Source of the DNA: a virus
Lineage: Duplodnaviria; Caudoviricetes
DNA length: 64,000 nt
Direction: 5' to 3' (one strand)
Virus record (IMG/VR): IMGVR_UViG_3300032227_000570
Location: 35,800-99,799 of that record
This document shows positions 8,851 to 17,980 of this stretch, one piece after another (positions within the stretch are counted from its first letter, which is position 1; each line of letters begins with the position of its first letter). The translations under genes were made by a program, and so were the position numbers. The notes below the pieces were generated by a model. That model made no database searches and was not told the DNA's origin. It saw only the letters and a program-made list of their open reading frames with translations.

Positions 8851-9516
8851 TTAAGCGATTGAACGAGCAATCTCAAGTAGTTCGGAACGAGGTGTATCCC
8901 AAATTACTTCAGGGCTGAATGGTTCAGCCGATGCTACGAGTTCCTCAACCTGAGCAGGGTCAAGGTCCCAATCTTCCATCAAGTCTGTTCCACGAACACG
9001 CTCTAGAGAGTATGTGGTCTGTGGTCCAGTACCAGCACGTGAAATTGAATAGTAGAACTTATTCAACGGTCCACGCTTTGGGTCTTCGTGTGCTGCTTTA
9101 ATCTGACGGAACAAAGTTGGTGGAGCAGTCATAATCATTGTCTTCTTCTCTTCTGATGAAAGAACAAGAACAGTGAAAGCAAACTTGCCACGTGGCTTAT
9201 CTCCTAGAAGGTCGCATAGTGGGCAACCCTCTGGGTCAGAATCTGCAAGGCAAACAAATGAACGCTTACCTGACGAACGGTCAATCCAATGTTGTTCGTA
9301 ACTACGGAAAGGTCCATCACCAATGAATTTGATGAGTTGTGATTCTTCTGTGAACTTAAAGTCGTTTGGATATTCTCCGTCTTTAACGGTTGACTTTAGG
9401 ATTTTACTTGCTGCATCCCATCCAGCCTGAACTGTTGTTCCGACCTTTGGTGTTGCGTTTTCGTCATCTGCATCCAAATAAGCATCTGCATTGACTGATG
9501 GTTGTGTGATAGGCAT
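8851..9516 (-). CDS. Single-stranded DNA-binding protein (gp32-like)
   Basis: YEQHW, FVCL...CPLCD Zn-type motif, ISRAGTGPQTTY, acidic regions; next to the polymerase. Start placed at MPITQP. Confidence 0.65.
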   Translation of the reverse strand: MPITQPSVNADAYLDADDENATPKVGTTVQAGWDAASKILKSTVKDGEYPNDFKFTEESQLIKFIGDGPFRSYEQHWIDRSSGKRSFVCLADSDPEGCPLCDLLGDKPRGKFAFTVLVLSSEEKKTMIMTAPPTLFRQIKAAHEDPKRGPLNKFYYSISRAGTGPQTTYSLERVRGTDLMEDWDLDPAQVEELVASAEPFSPEVIWDTPRSELLEIARSIA

Positions 9517-9565
9517 TTTTCTTCTTTCGGTAATGAGGCTTTCGCACTCGGTTGGTTGTGAGGTA

Positions 9566-10039
9566 TTAACTCTCGTTAGCAGTCTGCTCTTTCCATCTTG
9601 AAAGAATCGCAATGGTTAGGTCTTCGTGCTGGGACCATTCTACACGAGCAGTCCCTAAAAGCCCTCTTTTGGAGAACTCTTCAACGGCTATTTCTATAAG
9701 AACCCGTGTATAGACACGGTTTCCCCCGACCTTTTGTCCGTTTAAAGACTTAGACCGAAGCCTGTATGGTGCTCTTGGGATATAGCCTTTCTTCTCCCAT
9801 GAGCGGATACTGATGATGCTTTTCTCTAACGCTTTGGCTAAAGCACCGATTGTAAAAACTTCTACTTCTTTTCCACCCAAATGCTTAAGTACTGGGTTAG
9901 AGTCCCAAGCATCTTCTTCATAAGACTTCTTGCGTGGAGCCTTTGGGTTTACATCACGGCGTTTTTGTTTTGACCCAGGCTTGTACTGCAAACCAGCAAA
10001 CGCTTTTGCAATCTCATCTTCTCCACGCAATCCAGCCAT
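9566..10039 (-). CDS. MerR-type HTH DNA-binding protein
   Basis: FTIGALAKALEKSIISIRSWEKKGYIP...GNRVYT. Confidence 0.7.
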   Translation of the reverse strand: MAGLRGEDEIAKAFAGLQYKPGSKQKRRDVNPKAPRKKSYEEDAWDSNPVLKHLGGKEVEVFTIGALAKALEKSIISIRSWEKKGYIPRAPYRLRSKSLNGQKVGGNRVYTRVLIEIAVEEFSKRGLLGTARVEWSQHEDLTIAILSRWKEQTANES

Positions 10040-10041
10040 GA

Positions 10042-10479
10042 TTACTTCTTACTCAACATAAGTGCCCACACAATTTTTGGTGGGAACATTTCATCTACTT
10101 CTTCCTCGGTTAGTAAACCCTCATACAAAGCAGCCATAAGTTCATCTTCATCAACTACACGAATGGTCTTGTAAAGACGGTCAGTTAGACCCTTCTTCTC
10201 AATAAGGTCTTCAGCAATCATCTCGTCAATCTTGCGACTAACACGCTTTTGCTTTTGCAAACTTACGTACTCATCAACAGGTTCTGGAAGTTCTAACCAC
10301 CAGTTACCTTTATCGTCAGTAAACCCATCCTCTTCAATTTTTTCAAAAAGGGATGTCTTTAGTTCTTTCTGACGTGCTTCAAACTGGTCAATGTTTTTCT
10401 TTAGTGATGCGTACTCTTTTGTTTGACTTAGTAGGTCATCGCCAGAAAACTCACGTGGTTCATCGGCTGCTCTTGCCAT
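10042..10479 (-). CDS. Hypothetical protein (coiled-coil N-terminus)
   Basis: 145-aa ORF with AAGGAG SD. Confidence 0.65.
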   Translation of the reverse strand: MARAADEPREFSGDDLLSQTKEYASLKKNIDQFEARQKELKTSLFEKIEEDGFTDDKGNWWLELPEPVDEYVSLQKQKRVSRKIDEMIAEDLIEKKGLTDRLYKTIRVVDEDELMAALYEGLLTEEEVDEMFPPKIVWALMLSKK

Positions 10480-10488
10480 GTTATCTCC

Positions 10489-12102
10489 TTATATTTGTTT
10501 ATTAGTTAGGAAGTTTAGAAGGCTACCAACGGTTAGGTCAACCCCTCCACGGGAGTTGATACCTGTACCGTCAATAACTGCGTCAGCAACAGAGTTCTTC
10601 TGGTGCAGCATCTCGTGCTGACGTTCTTCAATAGAATTTAAAGCAAGAAAATCCTGAATGATGACAGTCTTCCACGTGCTAGAAGTACGTCGTATTCGAG
10701 AGTTTCTTTGGACTGCTGCACCAGAAGACCACGGCAGGTCGTAATTTACTAGGAGGTTTGCCTGTGGCAAGTCGACTCCGTAACCACCTGCATCACTGGA
10801 TATCAAGACCCTAACTTCTTTAGAAGTCTGAAAATCTACCTTTGCTTCTTCTTTGGCCTTGGCATTCATTTCCCCTGAATATAGACGGCTTTTAATCTTC
10901 TTTAGAAGAAGCCGTTCCTGGATGAGGGGAAGCACACCCAGGTAACTGGCAAAGACTACGACCTTTGAGTTCTCATCCGTTTCCAGATGCTCCGCAATAT
11001 AACTGACCACTGCTTCCAGTTTCGGACAACTTGTACCAATATCACTGAGATAACCACCATCAGACAAGCCAGCAATGTATGCACTTCCACCTTTTGCTCC
11101 TTCTATAGCAAGACGTTCTCCGTCTATTTCGGTCCAGCCAGATTTATATTTAGTTGAACTTTCAACTAACAACATAGGGCTGTCGCACAACATTCGTAGT
11201 GCAGTTATTTTAGACATGATGGAGCCTCGCAGAGCATCTGCAGGACTTCCAGCAGCCCACCCTTGTCCGTAGTGAGCCTCAATAGAGAACCCTCCACCAA
11301 ACAAGTCTTGTGCTTCTTTTAGTTCGTTAGTTAAATCCATAGAAATCTTTTCGTACAACTCTCTGGACTTCTTATCTAACTTAACCCGTACTGGGTCTAA
11401 ATGAATAGTGGCGGGCAAGTACGGAGCAACGTCTTCGTCAGACTGTGCTTTGCGTACTGATGCGGCTTTAATCTTCTCATGTAGTAATGGAAGATTGCGG
11501 TATCTCTGTACCCCGCCAAAGTTGTTTCTTACAATGAAGGTCTTATCAAAGAGGTCAAAGCGACCAAGCAGACCTGGCTCTACAAACTGCATAATGCTGT
11601 ACAACTCTTCAGGCTTACCGTTTTCAATTGGTGTGCCTGTCAATGCAAAACGCACTGGAATGTTTGCAGCAAGTTCTTTAACCTTCTTAGTTCTCTTGGA
11701 CCTAAAGCCCTTGATAGCGGTTGCTTCGTCACAAACAACCACACCAAAATCAATGTGCTTTAACATGTCCCAGTCATTCACAATCGATTCATAATTTGTA
11801 ATTACATAGTTGTGCTTTCCAGCATCTGCGTACTGAGTAGTGCGGGTTGTCTTGTTGCCATCAATAACTAAAGATGTTGCATCAGAGAACTTCTTTATCT
11901 CACTTGCCCATTGATACTTAAGACTGGCTAAAGCAATTACAAGTACAGGCTTTTTTAGACCTTCTTCACGCATCTGCTCAATTGCAGCAATTGTCATGCA
12001 AGTTTTACCAAGACCCATTTCATAGGCAACAAGAACCCTGCCTCGTTCCACCATTTTGTTAACGGCTTCAGGCTGGTAGGGCTTCAATGTTCCTTTAAAC
12101 AT
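10489..12102 (-). CDS. SNF2-family helicase/ATPase
   Basis: EMGLGKT, CDEAT, ALTGTPIEN, SDAGGYGVDL, YDLPW, QRNSRIRR. Confidence 0.9.
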   Translation of the reverse strand: MFKGTLKPYQPEAVNKMVERGRVLVAYEMGLGKTCMTIAAIEQMREEGLKKPVLVIALASLKYQWASEIKKFSDATSLVIDGNKTTRTTQYADAGKHNYVITNYESIVNDWDMLKHIDFGVVVCDEATAIKGFRSKRTKKVKELAANIPVRFALTGTPIENGKPEELYSIMQFVEPGLLGRFDLFDKTFIVRNNFGGVQRYRNLPLLHEKIKAASVRKAQSDEDVAPYLPATIHLDPVRVKLDKKSRELYEKISMDLTNELKEAQDLFGGGFSIEAHYGQGWAAGSPADALRGSIMSKITALRMLCDSPMLLVESSTKYKSGWTEIDGERLAIEGAKGGSAYIAGLSDGGYLSDIGTSCPKLEAVVSYIAEHLETDENSKVVVFASYLGVLPLIQERLLLKKIKSRLYSGEMNAKAKEEAKVDFQTSKEVRVLISSDAGGYGVDLPQANLLVNYDLPWSSGAAVQRNSRIRRTSSTWKTVIIQDFLALNSIEERQHEMLHQKNSVADAVIDGTGINSRGGVDLTVGSLLNFLTNKQI

Positions 12103-12302
12103 TAACTACGACCGTTCAAAGACCCAGGCAAAGAAGTAATCACATTGTGGTTTTCTAAGTCAGACAAAATCATGTCTTCTAAATCTAAAGCGTTGTTTGC
12201 TTTGAGTACACGGCGTACCTTCTCAATGCTTTCCTGAAACGCATCTTTCTCTGCTTGAACACGTTCTTCTAGCAAAGTCTGGCTAGTATCTTTTGCTTTC
12301 AC
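12102..12302 (-). CDS. Hypothetical protein
   Basis: 66-aa ORF with 1-nt stop/start overlaps on both sides. Confidence 0.6.
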   Translation of the reverse strand: MKAKDTSQTLLEERVQAEKDAFQESIEKVRRVLKANNALDLEDMILSDLENHNVITSLPGSLNGRS

Positions 12303-13261
12303 TATAGGTACGCTGCCTCTCCATAAATCATGTCCTTAGCGTTATCCAATCCAAACCTTATCTGTTCATCGGTCATGTCACCGACATCCTTGATGCCCGT
12401 GTCACCGTAGTTAAAGAACTTCACGGTCATACCGTACTTCCTACCACTGACAATCATCTCTTCACAGGCTTTCTTACCTGCCGCATCAATCTTTGGGTTA
12501 TCAAAGGCTGCTATGACGGTGTCGCTGTATCGCAGTAACTTGGCTTGGGTTTCGCTAACCATTGCACCAAAGGCAGCAACGGCTCCAGCAATTCCTGCAG
12601 AAGAAATACGAACAGCATCTAGGGGTGACTCAACAACAATCACCATGTCTGGGTTGTGTTCGTGAGCACCAAATAGCGTCTTCGATTTTGTCACACCTGC
12701 AGGGTAGTTTTTAAAACTACGTGTGCCTTCTCCCTTTTCTTGCCAACCCCACAATGTGTAATCGCTAGGACTTCTAATTGGCAAAATCCATGTGTCGTCT
12801 TCACGCCACAATACTTCGTACTTCTTTGCTGCCTCTAAAGTTATACGGCGTTTATCTAAAGCCCACTGCGGTGGGTCTGTAAACAATGCCAGCCTTGCTT
12901 CATTCATCGGTAGTTCTTGTTTTACAGATACGTAGGTAGGCATTTGCTTTAGTCGTTCTCCTAGTTCTTCTATAGATATTTCACCGAGGTTTGCTAACCA
13001 CTGTTTAACTTGTTCGTAGTCAATGGCTTCACCTAAGTAAAACTCATTAACTTCACCGACTAAAGAGAATACGTTGCCTTTCCAACCACATGAAAAACAA
13101 ATGTGTGCACCTGTCTCTTGGTTTATCCACCAAGAAGGGTTGTGGTCTTCTTTTCCAGTTCGAGCCTTGTGCATTGGGCAGAACGAGAGAATCTCATCTC
13201 CTCGTTCACGGATAACTTCAATGCTTAACTTTTCTAGTACTTGTGGAATATCGACAGTCAT
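12302..13261 (-). CDS. DnaG-like DNA primase (Zn finger + TOPRIM)
   Basis: CPMH...CFSCG zinc finger, VVESPLDA, AFDN...D.AG, KDVGD. Confidence 0.88.
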   Translation of the reverse strand: MTVDIPQVLEKLSIEVIRERGDEILSFCPMHKARTGKEDHNPSWWINQETGAHICFSCGWKGNVFSLVGEVNEFYLGEAIDYEQVKQWLANLGEISIEELGERLKQMPTYVSVKQELPMNEARLALFTDPPQWALDKRRITLEAAKKYEVLWREDDTWILPIRSPSDYTLWGWQEKGEGTRSFKNYPAGVTKSKTLFGAHEHNPDMVIVVESPLDAVRISSAGIAGAVAAFGAMVSETQAKLLRYSDTVIAAFDNPKIDAAGKKACEEMIVSGRKYGMTVKFFNYGDTGIKDVGDMTDEQIRFGLDNAKDMIYGEAAYL

Positions 13262-14511
13262 TACATCAACCCTCGCTTACACAAAGCACATGTGTGCATC
13301 TTGCTTTCTTCGTGGAAGCAGCCTGTCTCCCAGTTCCAAACCATAGATACTTCTTGAGGACCACAGTTACGGCTTGCAACAATCTTGAAGTTACGCATGT
13401 CCTCTACATCTGGAACAGGTTCCAAACCAAAAATAACATCTGAGTCTTGGAAGAAAGAAGAGGAGTAACCGATTGAGTCTGCGGTTACCTTTCCTCCACG
13501 CATCTTCCACAACAAAGTCTGTGTGGTGATAACGACTGGAATGTCATGACGTTGTGCTAGACGCTTCAGAGCACGAGTCACGTTTGTAATGGACTGAGGT
13601 GTGTTCATCTCACCTGTCTGCTCATCCATCATCAAATACACACCATCTACAAATACAACCTCTGGCTTTAACTTGGTGATGGTTGCAGAAAGGGAAGCAA
13701 CCGTTAATCCGTTAACAGCATCTACTAGATGAAACGGAGTCTGCATTTGTCCCATGTCTTTTAGCATGTCTACATATCGTGCTTCTTCATCTTGGAATAA
13801 CTTTCCACGACGAAGTCGTCCGTGAGATACCTGTGCTCGCATAGCATCGTGACGTTGTTGTTGTTCACGGTTTGTCATCTCAAACGATTGGAACATAGGT
13901 GTCTTGCCTTGCTTATGGACGTTGATTGCAACAGCCATAGCAATCTGAGACTTACCTGTCTTAGGTGGAGCAATGATTGTAATTAACTGACCACCTTGAA
14001 GACCTGCAGTTGCTTCATCCATTGTGTCAAAGCCTGTACCAATACCAAGCATTGTGTGATTAGCAAGTGCTTGATACTCAGCAAAACGGTCTTCTGCATC
14101 TTTAACCAAGTCAACTTCATTAGTGCCTTTAGTTCCTTGAAGGTTGACACGATTGATTGCTGCTTCCATTGCAACCAATGCACCTTCATGGTCGTTGTGA
14201 GTTAACTTATCTACAGACTCTTCAAGACCTTGACGAACCAATAACTTGCGACGGAATGTGACTGCTTGGTCAACAAGAAAATCTAATGAGTCTTGTACAT
14301 CTAAAACTTTGTAAGTTGGGTAATGGTCTTTAACTGTTACTGCAGTTGGTACTTCTGAATACTCTGTGTAGTGCTTAACAACAAACTTCCAAACACGTGA
14401 GTTGTCTTCATCAAGAAACCAATCACTTGTAACGCCTTGTTGAATTGCTGGAAGGATGTCTCTGTCACGGATTACTTTACTAACTAACCGATGCTCGTTA
14501 TCTGCTGCCAT
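13261..14511 (-). CDS. dnaB: DnaB-like replicative helicase
   Basis: TGFDTMDEATAGLQGG, APPKTGKS, SFEM, VFVDGVYLM, QDSD, SRN. Confidence 0.88.
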   Translation of the reverse strand: MAADNEHRLVSKVIRDRDILPAIQQGVTSDWFLDEDNSRVWKFVVKHYTEYSEVPTAVTVKDHYPTYKVLDVQDSLDFLVDQAVTFRRKLLVRQGLEESVDKLTHNDHEGALVAMEAAINRVNLQGTKGTNEVDLVKDAEDRFAEYQALANHTMLGIGTGFDTMDEATAGLQGGQLITIIAPPKTGKSQIAMAVAINVHKQGKTPMFQSFEMTNREQQQRHDAMRAQVSHGRLRRGKLFQDEEARYVDMLKDMGQMQTPFHLVDAVNGLTVASLSATITKLKPEVVFVDGVYLMMDEQTGEMNTPQSITNVTRALKRLAQRHDIPVVITTQTLLWKMRGGKVTADSIGYSSSFFQDSDVIFGLEPVPDVEDMRNFKIVASRNCGPQEVSMVWNWETGCFHEESKMHTCALCKRGLM

Positions 14512-14526
14512 TGCCCCATCTTTTCT

Positions 14527-14943
14527 CTAAAGTCTGCTTAAGTCAATACCCCATGAGCCGTACATTGCGTTGCGAGTTGGTAAGTCAACCACACCTTTAA
14601 GATTTATGCGATAAGGCAAGTCATCTACTAACTCTTGTGTTGTTATATAAGTTTGGGCAAGGTTAAATGGATTGCCACCACGTCTATCTAAAATGTCCAT
14701 GACTTTGTCTAGGGACTCCTGGTCCCATCCGTTTTCTTCAGTGCCAGCAAGTTCTACAGACAAGCCGTACTTGTTTGTAAGAATCCACAACTGGTAGACC
14801 TCTGCCTTTTTAACGTTCTTTAACTTTAAAGAAGTTTCTTTAGAAAGGAACTTTCTTTCTGTAACTTCTACACGCTCTGCTACTACATCAGCAAGAACAA
14901 TTAAACGGGGAGGGGTTTCATTGGAGATATCTCCACCCCTCAT
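14527..14943 (-). CDS. Hypothetical protein
   Basis: 138-aa ORF in the replication operon. Confidence 0.6.
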   Translation of the reverse strand: MRGGDISNETPPRLIVLADVVAERVEVTERKFLSKETSLKLKNVKKAEVYQLWILTNKYGLSVELAGTEENGWDQESLDKVMDILDRRGGNPFNLAQTYITTQELVDDLPYRINLKGVVDLPTRNAMYGSWGIDLSRL

Positions 14944-15239
14944 AGGACCTCAACTCTTGCGTACTTTAAAACAAACTCACGGAATGACTCTGCACTCTCG
15001 TTTGCTTTATCCGCAACATCTTCAGGTACATCATCAGGAACAAGGATTGCGTAGTGCCCATCGTTCTCTGCCATACGAGCAGTTACAAACTGAGTGTGCT
15101 TGCACTTGTTTCTAATCTTGTAAGAAGGGCAAGAGCATTGTGCATTGGTGTCGTTGGGGCGTAGTTGTACCTCGTACACACCTGTCGGTGAGAGGAACAC
15201 TTGCACTGTACGCCACGTATCCAAGTTTGAGCCTTTCAT
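14940..15239 (-). CDS. SWIM zinc-finger protein
   Basis: YEV...CSCPSY...CKH. Confidence 0.75.
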   Translation of the reverse strand: MKGSNLDTWRTVQVFLSPTGVYEVQLRPNDTNAQCSCPSYKIRNKCKHTQFVTARMAENDGHYAILVPDDVPEDVADKANESAESFREFVLKYARVEVL

Positions 15240-15952
15240 CCTTTAGCCCTCCGTAAGTCTTTACCAGTAAGTCGAACTCTATGGAACGCCTCATTAGCAA
15301 AACTCGCCATCGCATTGCTGTATTTGGCGGACCAATTTTCCAGCATCTCGTTGGTAGTTACTATTGTAGGGAGTGCACGGTCATAACGGCTTCTTAATAT
15401 CTCATCAAATGATGCGTCGTCGTATTTAGAACCGTACTCCTTACCAAGGTCGTCGAGTATGAGAAGTCTAACGTTTAACCAATCTTCTTTAGCACGTCCG
15501 TGAAAACCCTCAATCTGACGATTCATTTCACGCTTTTCTTCAGCGTCTGCATCAAAGGTGGCTTTCTTTCGTGACAAGAACTCTGGATATGTCAGGTAAT
15601 ACACAGGTCGTGACATAAGGCCATAGTCGGATTGGTTGGAATACTGAAGTACTTCTTTAGCCTTTTCCATATCCAAACGACGGATGAACTCCATCGCTGC
15701 AACAACTGCGTGGGTTGTCTTACCAAGACCAGGACCGCCGTCAAACAAGAGTCCAACACCAGTCTGCCCTAGACCACCGACAGTTTTAATGCAGTGACCT
15801 GTGAGCATGTCCTCTAGCCAGTCCTCAATAATGGGTGGGAACTCAGAGAGCATGTCGCTAGGTTCCAAGCCCATGAAGCGACGGGGGATGTTTGAGTTGT
15901 TAAGTATCCATCGCTTCTTTGCAGGTTCTAACTCATCGATTTGGTAGGTCAT
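15236..15952 (-). CDS. DnaC/IstB-like AAA+ helicase loader
   Basis: IPRRF, GLLFDGGPGLGKT, LLILDDLGKE, RSRYD..LPTIVTTN. Confidence 0.85.
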   Translation of the reverse strand: MTYQIDELEPAKKRWILNNSNIPRRFMGLEPSDMLSEFPPIIEDWLEDMLTGHCIKTVGGLGQTGVGLLFDGGPGLGKTTHAVVAAMEFIRRLDMEKAKEVLQYSNQSDYGLMSRPVYYLTYPEFLSRKKATFDADAEEKREMNRQIEGFHGRAKEDWLNVRLLILDDLGKEYGSKYDDASFDEILRSRYDRALPTIVTTNEMLENWSAKYSNAMASFANEAFHRVRLTGKDLRRAKG

Positions 15953-16106
15953 CAGATGTCATCCCAGTTTCTTGAATCGTTAATACAAAGTACTTCTGAC
16001 CTGGGAATAAGATGCTTGTCACGATGTCAATGATTCGTTCTTTCCACTTTGGCATCTCAACAATTGCAAAAACAGGTAGTGCGTCCTTTTTTTTAGTCTT
16101 GGACAT
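15933..16106 (-). CDS. Small hypothetical protein
   Basis: Start placed at MSKTKKK after an AAGGA SD. Confidence 0.5.
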   Translation of the reverse strand: MSKTKKKDALPVFAIVEMPKWKERIIDIVTSILFPGQKYFVLTIQETGMTSDDLPNR

Positions 16107-16296
16107 TTTTATCCTTGTAAGGCTCTGCACGAACTACTACTCCTTGGAAAGGAATCTGTGCGTCGTCGCCTTGCATGTAGTCCTGAACAGCAAAAGACAA
16201 GAAGTCTCTAATGTGGTCAACTGTTGCTGATGTAAACTCCATGTACTTTGGATAAACCTCAACAGTAAATACATGTGGGTTAAGTGGGTTTGTCAT
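16093..16296 (-). CDS. Hypothetical protein
   Basis: 67-aa ORF overlapping the initiator stop (ATGA). Confidence 0.55.
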   Translation of the reverse strand: MTNPLNPHVFTVEVYPKYMEFTSATVDHIRDFLSFAVQDYMQGDDAQIPFQGVVVRAEPYKDKNVQD

Positions 16297-17240
16297 TTGT
16301 TTAGTTTCCCTTCATATCGCTCTAAGTATTTTCGTCCGACAATGGTGTTATCGAATGCCCGACCATCCGAAGCATAGACGAATTGCTCGCCGTCGTCATC
16401 TACTGGGTTGGTGAGTCCGATGTTCTCTCGTGCCTTGTTCATGTGAGTACGGAACATCGCAAGGTATCGCTTGTAGAGGTGTGGTGCCTCATCGCCAACA
16501 TCTTTGAAGTTCTTCTCATCGACCATAAACATTTTAAGGATTTCCATTTCGACCAGGGCTGTCGTTTGGTATTGCTTCCGCATCTTTGCGAGTGCTCCCG
16601 CCAGATGGTTTACATTCACGGTGCCTGGCAGCCACGGGAACTTACGACCTACAAGGAAGGAGAACTCGGCTGCAACATCACGGGTTGTCCACTCTGTTAC
16701 GGGTCGCTTGCCTCGGGTCTTGGTGTCCTTCTTGGAGGGCGTGGACCTCGGTGACTCGTCGGCAAACTTTCCGATTCCGCCCACTTGCTCATCCTGCTGC
16801 TGCTCTTGTTTCCACGACTTGTTCATGGTCTCCTCATCCACTTTTTGGATTTTTATATTTTCATTACTTATTAACTTATTAACTATATGGCTATTAGGTA
16901 GGAGCACTAGACCATCTGGTTCATGTGTTGTTAGCCTCTGTGGAGGCTCACTAGAGCCTATGGACGTGAGCCTCTGTAGAGGCCCACACAAGGTGTATTG
17001 CGAAGTCGTATAGAGGCCCCTATTGCGTTTCCGTCTCGTGGCGACGAGATAACCCGCATCCTCTAAAGCCTTCAGAGAGGCTTTGACGTGGCTCTGTGCT
17101 GAGACCTTAGTCAGGGCGGCGAGATGACCCACGGAGGTCTCTATGACCCCTTTGCGGTCTGCTAGATGGCAGAGTACGACTAAGAGACGGAACTGGTAAT
17201 GGGTCAGTTCCGCCTCTAGTAGTTCGTCAGGGATGTTCAT
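16293..17240 (-). CDS. Replication initiator (N-terminal winged HTH, lambda-O/DnaD-like layout)
   Basis: LT..QFRLLVVLC...SVGHLA.LT.VS....VKASLKALEDAGYL...R winged-helix pattern; upstream of the DnaC-like loader; carries internal repeats and an AT-rich tract. Confidence 0.7.
   Translation of the reverse strand: MNIPDELLEAELTHYQFRLLVVLCHLADRKGVIETSVGHLAALTKVSAQSHVKASLKALEDAGYLVATRRKRNRGLYTTSQYTLCGPLQRLTSIGSSEPPQRLTTHEPDGLVLLPNSHIVNKLISNENIKIQKVDEETMNKSWKQEQQQDEQVGGIGKFADESPRSTPSKKDTKTRGKRPVTEWTTRDVAAEFSFLVGRKFPWLPGTVNVNHLAGALAKMRKQYQTTALVEMEILKMFMVDEKNFKDVGDEAPHLYKRYLAMFRTHMNKARENIGLTNPVDDDGEQFVYASDGRAFDNTIVGRKYLERYEGKLNK
16842..17084. promoter_or_regulatory. Putative replication origin (iteron-like palindromes plus AT-rich tract) inside the initiator gene
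   Basis: AGCCT-N6-AGGC(T/C) at 16933-16948, 16969-16984 and 17067-17082; AT-rich 16842-16897 with tandem ACTTATTA. Confidence 0.55.
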
Positions 17241-17704
17241 TCTGGGCGACGGTACTTGCGCTTTCCGTCTTCGTCAATCTGGTCCATAACCATCTTGTAG
17301 ACAACAGCGATAAGGGTGTCAGTGAAGTCTGATAGGACTTCCTCTAGACGCTCCTCAAGAACGGCTGTCTCCATGTCAATAAGGTTGAGACCGTCTGAGA
17401 TATCCCAAACCTCATTCTTCTTATCTGCAGACCACTCAATAACATCAAAGCACTCATCTGAGTCATCCCATGCCACGGCGACGAGGTCTGTTTCGTCTAA
17501 TGAAGCAAGGACAACCATGAGGTCATCACCTGTTCTTACAGGTATTCCCTTTTCAGAGGCTGTGATTAGTACTTGGTCGTGTGTTTCGTTTGGTTCTGCC
17601 GATGGCAAAATAACCTCACTGATTACCTTCTTCGCTAATAGCAAGCGAAAGCCGTGGGTTACATCTACATCATCGGAAGTGCCAACTACTAATAGTCTTG
17701 GCAT
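17237..17704 (-). CDS. Hypothetical acidic protein
   Basis: 155-aa ORF with AGGAG SD. Confidence 0.65.
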   Translation of the reverse strand: MPRLLVVGTSDDVDVTHGFRLLLAKKVISEVILPSAEPNETHDQVLITASEKGIPVRTGDDLMVVLASLDETDLVAVAWDDSDECFDVIEWSADKKNEVWDISDGLNLIDMETAVLEERLEEVLSDFTDTLIAVVYKMVMDQIDEDGKRKYRRPE

Positions 17705-17713
17705 TTTATTCTC

Positions 17714-17962
17714 CTAGAGGCGACGGGTTGTTACTGCGACTGGTTTTTCTAAAAGCATCATAACAGCAAGAGACAAAAACGCTCCTGCAGGAGCCATGAT
17801 GATGAGGTCGTAAGGAAGGTACCCGATTAGGTAAAAGACACCTGCGGATAGTGCAAGGGCTAGAAAACCCTTGAATTTCTTAAGGTCATAGAACGCATCT
17901 ACTGCCCCAAGAAAAAAAGAGATAAACGATGTTGCGATAATTAAGTCGATTATGGTTTCCAT
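17714..17962 (-). CDS. Small membrane protein with about 3 TM segments (holin-like candidate)
   Basis: Three hydrophobic stretches, basic C-terminal TTRRL; follows the tail genes. Confidence 0.5.
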   Translation of the reverse strand: METIIDLIIATSFISFFLGAVDAFYDLKKFKGFLALALSAGVFYLIGYLPYDLIIMAPAGAFLSLAVMMLLEKPVAVTTRRL

Positions 17963-17980
17963 AACCGCATACTACTACGA

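Noticed and set aside
11715-11735. SNF2 motif II reading DEAT instead of DEAH as a sign of inactivation
   Set aside because: The catalytic DE pair and the other motifs are retained; not enough to call a pseudo-enzyme
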